From an uncultured Candidatus Saccharibacteria bacterium (GTDB lineage Bacteria; Patescibacteriota; Saccharimonadia; Saccharimonadales; JALRHH01), in NCBI GenBank assembly GCA_964638875.1, contig CAZXBL010000005.1, positions 1-34,794 on the forward strand: a stretch of 34,794 bases of DNA, written 5' to 3'. The position numbers and the translations under genes are program-made. The number at the start of each line of letters is the position of its first letter. Position 1 is the stretch's first letter. The notes under the pieces are model-generated. The model was not told the DNA's origin and did not search any database. It saw nothing but the letters and a program-made list of their open reading frames with translations. This document shows, in pieces, positions 16,594-23,159 of this stretch.

Positions 16594-17685
16594 CTAGGAT
16601 TTCAGCGGCATAATAACGTGTAGATAGTCGTTACTGGCAGGGTCGGCCAAAACACACGGTTCCAGCTTGCCGTTAAAGGAAACTTGCACGTCTTCACCAC
16701 CAAGGGCATGTAACGCATCCAGAATATAACGTGAATTAAGCGTGATCACACCTTCGTTGGCGATCTGTGCTGCCGCACTAGCGGTGTTCTCACCAATTTG
16801 TGAGGCTATTGAACGAATACTAACCTGTTGTGCTTCGGCGTCGAGGTTCAGTGTCACACTGCCGGCACTTTCGCGGGCGAACAAACTCGATACCTTGGTA
16901 ATATTTGTGAGTTCAGACTTCTTGAGCGTCGCGTCGCTAGCAAAAGAGCGCGGGATGAGCTTACGGTAGTCTGGGTACTTACCTTCGATAAGTCGTGCCA
17001 CCAACTCTACGTCACCAACTGTAAACAGGACTTGTTGATCATCATGTGTCACAACGACGTCTTCTTCAAAGTCGCCAAGGATACGGAGCAAGTCAGCAAG
17101 CGCACTCGCTGGGATTAGCAGATCAACATCCTTATCAATACTAATGAGAGATTTTTCTGCTAGACGATAACTGTCAGTTGCGACGATATATAGTTTTCCT
17201 TCGTGTGTGTGCCAGTAGACACCGGTCAGAACCGGGCGGGCTTCGTCGCTTGATGCTGCAACTACTACTTGCTGGAGTGATTGTTTCAGTAGCTTTCCGG
17301 GGATCTTCCAGCTTGTGCCGTTTGTGATGGCAGGCATGACAGGGTAGTCTTCTGCGGAAATACCATTAATAGTTGAATTATATTTGTCGGCTTTAATGTG
17401 CAGCTTGTACTCGTCTAATTTCAATTCAATAACTCCACCCGGAAGACTACTCACAAAATCCTGCATAAGCCGCGCAGGGACGGTTATAGCGCCTTCTGCA
17501 CTTACTTTAGAACCAATGTAGTGGGTGATTGCAATATCAAGGTTGGTTGCTGCAATACTGAGCCTGCCATCTACTGTCTTTAAGAGCACGTTTGAAAGAA
17601 TTGGTAAGGTCCCTCTACTATTAGCAACACGTGCTACGCTGCTGAGTGCTTTGCTGAGATTTTCTTGTGTGACTTGGAGCTTCAT
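16594..17685 (-). CDS. dnaN: DNA polymerase III beta sliding clamp
   Basis: MKLQVTQENLSKALSSVARVANSRGTLPILSNVLLK is a typical clamp N-terminus. The length from ATG 17685 is 363 aa. The 74 codons upstream in the ORF track run through DnaA-box-containing intergenic DNA and are not clamp-like. Confidence 0.93.
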   Translation of the reverse strand: MKLQVTQENLSKALSSVARVANSRGTLPILSNVLLKTVDGRLSIAATNLDIAITHYIGSKVSAEGAITVPARLMQDFVSSLPGGVIELKLDEYKLHIKADKYNSTINGISAEDYPVMPAITNGTSWKIPGKLLKQSLQQVVVAASSDEARPVLTGVYWHTHEGKLYIVATDSYRLAEKSLISIDKDVDLLIPASALADLLRILGDFEEDVVVTHDDQQVLFTVGDVELVARLIEGKYPDYRKLIPRSFASDATLKKSELTNITKVSSLFARESAGSVTLNLDAEAQQVSIRSIASQIGENTASAAAQIANEGVITLNSRYILDALHALGGEDVQVSFNGKLEPCVLADPASNDYLHVIMPLKS

Positions 17686-17960
17686 TCTGTGTTCCTGTAT
17701 ACCTATATATTTAATTAGTAGTAGTGTTAGTAAGCACTGTGGATTGTGTGTACAAGCGGTTGATAACAGAGGTAAAATTACCCACAGGGGCTGTGTAGTT
17801 CCGCACACAAAATGTGTACAACCCACGTGAAAGTCGGGGAGTTTTCCATACGTATTTTGCAGATAAAACTTTGCTGTGCAGAACCCCGATACTTTGCCCA
17901 CAGGCATCAGTGGCTTTTCCTACGGCTTCTACACAGGTCTTCCACATGGTCACAAAATCA
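17686..17960. promoter_or_regulatory. dnaA-dnaN intergenic origin module: DnaA-box-like 9-mers plus an AT-rich stretch
   Basis: TTACCCACA lies at 17778-17786 and TTTTCCATA at 17842-17850. TTGCCCACA lies at 17894-17902 and TCTTCCACA at 17938-17946. TGTGGATTG (reverse CAATCCACA) lies at 17738-17746. An AT-rich run lies at 17701-17734 (acctatatatttaattagtagtagtgttagtaag). Confidence 0.55.
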
Positions 17961-19349
17961 CTAAGCATACAAACGCTCCTTAATTTCATTTACGGCTGCC
18001 TTAATATCGGCATCGTAACTGACTTCTTTTTCGATCTTCTCGACAGAATGTATCGCGGTGGTGTGGTCTTTACGCCCAAGCTCGCGGGCAATTTTAGGGA
18101 AGCTGAGGTGTAGCTCGCTGCGCAGCATGTACATTGCGACTTGACGGGGGACGACAATATCTTTGTCACGCTTTGGCCCCATGATCTCTTCCATAGGGAT
18201 TTGGAAATGTTTCGCACATCGTTCGATAATTTGTTTCGCACTAATATGTTTTGGCCGGGTCTTAGTAGCACCAAGTAGGGTGGTTGCTAGGTTGATGTCT
18301 GGGCTCAAGCCACGCATTTCACAAAATGCGAGCAGCTGGTTCAGCGCACCTTCAAGCTCACGAATGTTCGACTGCACCAAGTTAGCAAGGTATTCCACGA
18401 CCGGTGGGTCAAGACTGACGCCGTGTACTTGGGCCTTGGTTTGGATAATGACACAACGCGTTTCAAAATCAGGGATCTGCATATCAATACTCATGCCCCA
18501 AGTAAATCGACTGCGCAGACGTTCCTCTAGTGTCGGGATGTCCTTTGGTGGTTTGTCACTACTAATGATGATCTGCTTGTTTGCCTGGTGTAGTGCGTTA
18601 AATGTGTGGAAGAACTCCTCCTGCGTCTTTTCCTTGCCAGCGATGAACTGGATATCATCAATGATCAGCACATCGGCGTTGCGGTAATAACTAGCAAAGT
18701 CGGTGTTTTTCTTGAATTTAATTGCGTCCAAGAATTCCTGCACAAACTGTTCAATTGAAATATATACGATGTTTGCGTCAGGGTTGCCAGCAATAACAGC
18801 ATTGCCAACCGCCTGGATCAGGTGAGTTTTACCCAAACCAACACCACCGTACAGAAATAGCGGGTTATATTTAGTACCCGGGTTCGCTGCGATTGCCTGA
18901 CATGCTGCATAAGCCAACTCATTACCAGAACCGACAATAAAGTTATCGAATGTGTATTTCTCGTTCAGGCCCAATCTGTATGAGTGGGTGAGTGAGCTGG
19001 TCTGGCTACGGCTTTGCTGAGAGTTCGCTGCGTTGTTCGCGATCCGCTCAGTCGTTGCTGCATTAAGAATCAACGTTTCTTCATCAGCCTTTTTAGGGAT
19101 ATTAATAGAGGAGTAGATCTTATATTCAATGCGTTCTGGGATTACGCCGTTCTTGGTGATCAGATCAGTGATCATCTGATTGTATTTCTGTTCCAACTGC
19201 TGCTTTATAAAGACATTTGGTACACCGATTGTAATGACATTGTCCTTGTGGCGGAGCAGACGGGTGTTCTTGAACCAAGTCACATAGGAGCCGCGTGACA
19301 CTGTCAGTTCAATTTCGCCTAAGACCGTTTGCCACAGGTTATCCTGCAT
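17961..19349 (-). CDS. dnaA: Chromosomal replication initiator DnaA
   Basis: Walker A is LYGGVGLGKTHL. Walker B is VLIIDDIQF. The sensor region is SSDKPPKDI. The C-terminal DNA-binding signature is LGRKDHTTAIHS. Confidence 0.95.
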   Translation of the reverse strand: MQDNLWQTVLGEIELTVSRGSYVTWFKNTRLLRHKDNVITIGVPNVFIKQQLEQKYNQMITDLITKNGVIPERIEYKIYSSINIPKKADEETLILNAATTERIANNAANSQQSRSQTSSLTHSYRLGLNEKYTFDNFIVGSGNELAYAACQAIAANPGTKYNPLFLYGGVGLGKTHLIQAVGNAVIAGNPDANIVYISIEQFVQEFLDAIKFKKNTDFASYYRNADVLIIDDIQFIAGKEKTQEEFFHTFNALHQANKQIIISSDKPPKDIPTLEERLRSRFTWGMSIDMQIPDFETRCVIIQTKAQVHGVSLDPPVVEYLANLVQSNIRELEGALNQLLAFCEMRGLSPDINLATTLLGATKTRPKHISAKQIIERCAKHFQIPMEEIMGPKRDKDIVVPRQVAMYMLRSELHLSFPKIARELGRKDHTTAIHSVEKIEKEVSYDADIKAAVNEIKERLYA

Positions 19350-19681
19350 TACCCTCTCCCTTGGTGTAACGTTTTGTTCCTCTTAATATACAGAAAAGTA
19401 GTAGTTTTCCACAACCCTTTTGCCATCGTTTACTGATTTTATGCAAAATCATTGAAAAACTAGTTTTTTATACACAAAGGGAACGCTAATCTGTTAATCT
19501 GTGGAAAACACTTGAGCTACAGTGGAAAACTTGCTAGTATTAGTGGGTAAATATTGTTAATTTCACCATGAGTGTGAAAAGGCCGCTTGAACTTACGGAC
19601 AACATACAGTATCGTTGTCTGGTTTGGGTGAGTCACGCTGACTCGCCAGCCATAGCGTAAGCTGCTAAAATAAGGATTGAA
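19350..19681. promoter_or_regulatory. dnaA-rpmH intergenic origin module with a repeated TTTTCCACA-type DnaA box, plus the dnaA and rpmH promoters
   Basis: TTTTCCACA lies at 19405-19413. TTATACACA lies at 19468-19476. TGTGGAAAA lies at 19500-19508 (reverse TTTTCCACA). AGTGGAAAA lies at 19521-19529 (reverse TTTTCCACT). AT-rich tracts lie around 19441-19470. Confidence 0.6.
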
Positions 19682-19819
19682 ATGCCAAAGCGAACACACC
19701 AACCAAAGACTCGCCGCCGCGCCCGTGAGCACGGCTTTATGAAGCGTATGGCGACTAAAGCCGGACGTTCAGTATTGAACCGCCGCCGCAACAAAGGTCG
19801 CAAAGAGTTGTCTGCCTAA
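19682..19819 (+). CDS. rpmH: 50S ribosomal protein L34 (absent from the ORF track because it is under 60 aa)
   Basis: The translation is [45 protein letters not shown]. This is the canonical L34 sequence pattern, in the canonical position between dnaA and rnpA. Confidence 0.92.
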   Translation: MPKRTHQPKTRRRAREHGFMKRMATKAGRSVLNRRRNKGRKELSA

Positions 19820-19837
19820 ATCAAGCAGGACAATAAA

Positions 19838-19868
19838 AGGAGCCTCAAGCAAGGGCTCTTTTTTAATT
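19838..19868 (+). terminator. Rho-independent terminator-like hairpin after rpmH
   Basis: AGGAGCC (19838-19844) pairs with GGCTCTT (19854-19860), including one G-U pair. The loop is 9 nt and the stem runs into a T6 tract (19859-19864). Confidence 0.45.
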
Positions 19869-19952
19869 CTCTGCGACCCCAGATGATACACTAGTTGTCA
19901 GTATGATTACTCCGAAATGTAACGATAAAATGCTGCCAGGAGGCGAAGCCGA

Positions 19953-20297
19953 GTGATTACTCGTAAAAACCGTTTTCATGGTTACAACAGTCTCCGCTAC
20001 GTCTACCAGCACGGCAATACGGTGCGCGGTCCGTTGACAGCGGTAAAGTTTATAAATAATGATCGTCGCAAGGATTATCGTCTGGCGATCGTAGTCAGCA
20101 AAAAAGTCAGCAAATCCGCCGTGGTCCGAAACCGTATCCGTCGCCGTCTATATGAGGCATTTCGATTGGAGTCCCCAAATATCAAGCAGCCATACGACAT
20201 TGTCGTCACGGTTTTTAACGAACAACTTGCCACTATTTCAGGTGAAGAAGTAAAAAAACTTGTCCATGCCCAGCTCCGGCAGGCAAAAATCATTTAG
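19953..20297 (+). CDS. rnpA: Ribonuclease P protein component
   Basis: It lies between rpmH and yidC and is basic and 114 aa long. It has the KNRF...R..R. and RNRIRRRL pattern. GTG 19953 is preceded by AGGAGG at 19939-19944. Confidence 0.85.
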   Translation: MITRKNRFHGYNSLRYVYQHGNTVRGPLTAVKFINNDRRKDYRLAIVVSKKVSKSAVVRNRIRRRLYEAFRLESPNIKQPYDIVVTVFNEQLATISGEEVKKLVHAQLRQAKII

Positions 20298-20344
20298 AAG
20301 CCGGTTTAAATCATCCACCACACCTGTTAGAATAGAGGATAACT

Positions 20345-21268
20345 ATGTTTGATAATCTCGTCGTACAACCGATCTTTAATCTGCTTGTCTTTATTACAGC
20401 CCTGATTCCGGGCCATAACTTTGGCATTGCCATCGTCGTCTTTACAATATTGATTCGCTTTGCGATGTGGCCACTCGTCAAAAAGCAATTGCACCACGCC
20501 AGCGCTATGCGCAAGATGCAGCCTCAGATAAAGCGCATCAAGAAAGAAGCCGCCGGTGACCGTAAGCAAGAATCGGCCATGCTCATGGAACTGTACAAGG
20601 AACGGAATATCAGCCCGTTTGGCTCACTTGGTACCATTATTATCCAGTTCATCGTATTACTTGGCCTGTATTTTGCGCTGCGCAAAATGGTGCACGACCC
20701 AGCCGCACTCGTGGACTTTGCATACGATCCTATTAGAGACCTGCCGTGGCTTCAGGATATCGCAGCCAAGACCGCCAGCTTTGACGAGTCGTTCATCGGT
20801 CTCATGGACCTAACCCGTGCCGCGATTAGTAGCCAAGGTTTCTACTGGCCAGCATTCCTACTAGTTCTTGGAAGTGCGTACGTACAGTTCAAACAGAGTT
20901 CACAGCTAATGCCAAAGCCCAAGGACGGGCGTGGCCTAAAGCAAATTCTTAAAGATGCTGCAGAGGGCAGAGAAGCTGATCAATCTGAGGTCAGCGCCGC
21001 GGTCATGCGTGGCACCCGCTTCCTGATTCCTGCCATGATCCTATTCTTTACCGTTGGACTTGCCGCCGCCTTGAGCCTCTACTGGTTTGTTAGCGGAATC
21101 GTCGCGATCATCCAACAGAGCCGTGTTCTGAAACAGGACGAAGAAGAAATGGAAGCAATCGCCGATGAGCCTGCCAGCAACAAGGTCATCGAAGGCGAAG
21201 TAGTTACGAGGGGCCAGGGTTCAAAAAACAAAAAGTCCAAATCATCTCAAAAAAAGAAGAGGAGATGA
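20345..21268 (+). CDS. yidC: Membrane protein insertase YidC/Oxa1 family (short Gram-positive-type form)
   Basis: It occupies the conserved position after rnpA. It has five hydrophobic segments, the W/P-K-Q region (FAMWPLVKKQLHHASAMRKMQPQIKRIKKE) and a basic C-terminal tail (KKSKSSQKKKRR). Confidence 0.88.
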   Translation: MFDNLVVQPIFNLLVFITALIPGHNFGIAIVVFTILIRFAMWPLVKKQLHHASAMRKMQPQIKRIKKEAAGDRKQESAMLMELYKERNISPFGSLGTIIIQFIVLLGLYFALRKMVHDPAALVDFAYDPIRDLPWLQDIAAKTASFDESFIGLMDLTRAAISSQGFYWPAFLLVLGSAYVQFKQSSQLMPKPKDGRGLKQILKDAAEGREADQSEVSAAVMRGTRFLIPAMILFFTVGLAAALSLYWFVSGIVAIIQQSRVLKQDEEEMEAIADEPASNKVIEGEVVTRGQGSKNKKSKSSQKKKRR

Positions 21269-21426
21269 CATGAGTGAGCTATTCCTTTCAGGCTCAGTAA
21301 TGAAAGCTAATTTGATAGAGCAAGAAGGCACGTTATGGTGCGGAGGCGTAACTGTGTTACGTCGACAAACCAAACGCGACTTATTGCCTGCCAAATTAGT
21401 TTGCAATTGGGACGGAAAGGAGTAGG

Positions 21427-21894
21427 TTGCTCAAAATGGAAGAATCACTACAATACGCCAAGAAATATCTTGAGGATCTTTTGTCCTTTTTCGGACTCAA
21501 CACCGATATCTACGCCACCAGCGAAGACAATGAGGTTATTGAACTACACGTGCCCTCAACCCACCTAAACGGCTTCCTGATTGGTCAGCACGGCGACACA
21601 ATGCGTTCGCTCCAGTATATGGTTAGTAATGCACTGAAAAACAACGGCTTTGAAGTCACCCGTGTGAATGTAGACGTTGCCGAATACAAGAAACAGCGCG
21701 CAGATCGCCTGGCAGAGAAAGCAGAGGAGTGGGTCAAAAAGGTCCAAGACACTAACGAACCAATGCACTTGCAGCCAATGAACGCTGCTGATCGCCGCAT
21801 CGCCCACAAAGTCGCCGCAGACGCTGGTCTGATTACAGAATCAGAAGGCGAAGGCCGCGACCGCCACGTCGTCTACAAACCCGCCGCAGAATAA
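21427..21894 (+). CDS. jag: Jag/KhpB-like RNA-binding protein (KH + R3H domains only, with no Jag_N domain)
   Basis: It occupies the conserved position after yidC. The KH-like block is FLIGQHGDTMRSLQYMV. The R3H block is MNAADRRIAHKVAADAGLITESEGEGRDRHVV. The start is TTG 21427 or ATG 21436. Confidence 0.8.
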   Translation: MLKMEESLQYAKKYLEDLLSFFGLNTDIYATSEDNEVIELHVPSTHLNGFLIGQHGDTMRSLQYMVSNALKNNGFEVTRVNVDVAEYKKQRADRLAEKAEEWVKKVQDTNEPMHLQPMNAADRRIAHKVAADAGLITESEGEGRDRHVVYKPAAE

Positions 21895-21929
21895 ATGCAC
21901 AGAATATAATTCTGGAACACTATACAAAG

Positions 21930-21956
21930 TTGACCGATCGGTCGTTTATGTATAAT
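21930..21956 (+). promoter_or_regulatory. Promoter-like element with an embedded perfect 12-bp palindrome GACCGATCGGTC (candidate operator)
   Basis: TTGACC lies at 21930-21935 and TATAAT at 21951-21956, with a 15-nt spacer. The palindrome lies at 21932-21943 and overlaps the -35 hexamer and spacer. ATG 21967 is only 10 nt past the -10 hexamer and has no SD. Confidence 0.45.
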
Positions 21957-21966
21957 ACTTAAGCAT

Positions 21967-22554
21967 ATGAAGGGTGGGACAGAAACCAGTGCTGTAATTG
22001 ACGGCATTATGAGATTTATTGTTGGTGGCGGAACGATCACCACAATTTTAGCGGCACCTGGTATGGCCGAGGTTCTCGATAAGCCAACACTAAATTACTT
22101 TAACAAGCTTGATAAACGTGCTCAGCGGCGAGAACTAAAGCGTCTTGTCTACTATATGAAGCAAAAAGGGTTAGTTTATCCTACGAGTGAAGAATACATG
22201 CATGGTATCGTCGTGACAAAGAAAGGTCTAGAACGGCTAAAGACAATAGACTTTGAAACATTGCAGATTCCTACACCAACAAAATGGGACAACAAATGGC
22301 GGCTCGTGCTGTTTGATATTCCAGAGCACCGTCGTGCTGGACGACGCGTACTAATATCAAAGTTAAAAGCAATCGGTTTCTTGCAACTTCAAAGAAGTGT
22401 GTGGGTACATCCTTTACCTTGCAGAGCAGAGATAGAGGTTATCACGCACCACTATAATATAGCGCGATACGTTTCCTATATCGACGCGACAGGTATCGAC
22501 AACCACGACGTACTAGTCAAAAAATTTAAGACTATTCTCACTCAGCCGAAGTAA
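21967..22554 (+). CDS. PaaX-like transcriptional regulator (winged helix + C-terminal Cas2/PaaX-type domain)
   Basis: The wHTH-like block is LKRLVYYMKQKGLVYPTSEEYMHGIVVTKKGLERL. The C-terminal block is KWDNKWRLVLFDIPEHRRAGRRVLISKLKAIGFLQLQRSVWVHP, characteristic of PaaX-like proteins. Confidence 0.55.
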   Translation: MKGGTETSAVIDGIMRFIVGGGTITTILAAPGMAEVLDKPTLNYFNKLDKRAQRRELKRLVYYMKQKGLVYPTSEEYMHGIVVTKKGLERLKTIDFETLQIPTPTKWDNKWRLVLFDIPEHRRAGRRVLISKLKAIGFLQLQRSVWVHPLPCRAEIEVITHHYNIARYVSYIDATGIDNHDVLVKKFKTILTQPK

Positions 22555-22575
22555 GTATCTGTATAATCCTAAAGT

Positions 22576-22611
22576 GTCTACTTAAATGTCCGATCGGTCA
22601 GTCCAGTAGAC
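22576..22611. promoter_or_regulatory. Second copy of the palindrome (GTCCGATCGGTC), nested inside a 7-bp inverted repeat
   Basis: GTCTACT (22576-22582) and AGTAGAC (22605-22611) flank GTCCGATCGGTC (22588-22599). That inner sequence matches the 21932-21943 palindrome at 11 of 12 positions. The element lies between the regulator stop and the next gene. Confidence 0.4.
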
Positions 22612-22697
22612 ATGTTTTGCACAGGATTTTTTCAGGTTCTGCTGTTCGACACGGGCTGAATTACTATATGATATAAATAATTATTTGGGGGTAGGTA

Positions 22698-23159
22698 ATG
22701 AGTACGCCGGTTAAATTTTTTGGAGTCATTCTTGGTGTGCCAGCGTTGATCATCGGGCTGTTACTTGTTAACGCATTCATATATCCTTTTAGCTCCAAGA
22801 ACCCTAATTTTTCCGACGTAGAGCAGGCATTCTCTAAACTCCAGTTTCCTTCAGACTGGCAAGAAATCAGCAGCAGCGAAAACCGAGGCATTGCCGGTCG
22901 CGGCTGCGACCCCTTCAACTCCTCCGGCTGCTTTAGTAAACGAAAAGTTTTTAGTGTTCCAATAAATGTGGGTTCGACACAGGTGTCGCAGGTTCTTAAG
23001 CAGTCTGGATGTGAGAGCATCTCCATCGAGGAGTATAAATATAATGACACAGACAAACCTTCTTATAACTTTAGGTGCACAATAGGTAGTAACGTTTTCT
23101 ATAGTGGTAACCTAAGTGGTACAGAGAATCGTGTCAGCATCAGCAGCAGCACCTACTAG
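22698..23159 (+). CDS. Small N-terminally anchored, Cys-containing extracytoplasmic protein of unknown function
   Basis: A GGGGGTAGG SD-like run lies upstream of the ATG. The TM helix is FFGVILGVPALIIGLLLVNAFIY. The ectodomain has four Cys residues. The 3' end overlaps the start of the cutinase-domain gene. Confidence 0.55.
   Translation: MSTPVKFFGVILGVPALIIGLLLVNAFIYPFSSKNPNFSDVEQAFSKLQFPSDWQEISSSENRGIAGRGCDPFNSSGCFSKRKVFSVPINVGSTQVSQVLKQSGCESISIEEYKYNDTDKPSYNFRCTIGSNVFYSGNLSGTENRVSISSSTY

Noticed and set aside
17686-17907. N-terminal 74-codon extension of dnaN in the ORF track (start at 17907).
   Set aside because: The extension (MPVGKVSGFCTAKFYLQ...) is not clamp-like and runs through the DnaA-box and AT-rich intergenic DNA. 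MKLQVTQENLSKAL at ATG 17685 is a canonical sliding-clamp N-terminus.
19517-19732. 71-aa minus-strand ORF spanning the dnaA-rpmH intergenic region and the start of rpmH.
   Set aside because: It overlaps the well-supported L34 gene in antisense and covers origin and promoter DNA. It has no recognisable motif and is most likely a shadow ORF.
21270-21425. 51-codon ORF between yidC and jag that might encode the missing Jag_N domain (MKANLIEQEGT...VTVLRRQTKR).
   Set aside because: Resemblance to Jag_N is limited to a few residues. The helix between the two strands would be missing, and no frame combination restores a convincing domain. It is probably non-coding spacer or a decayed remnant.
21967-22554. 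The Cas2-like C-terminal pattern of the PaaX-like protein as a hint of a CRISPR-Cas locus.
   Set aside because: No repeat-spacer array and no other cas-like genes are present in the window. This pattern is typical of PaaX-like regulators that are not CRISPR-associated.
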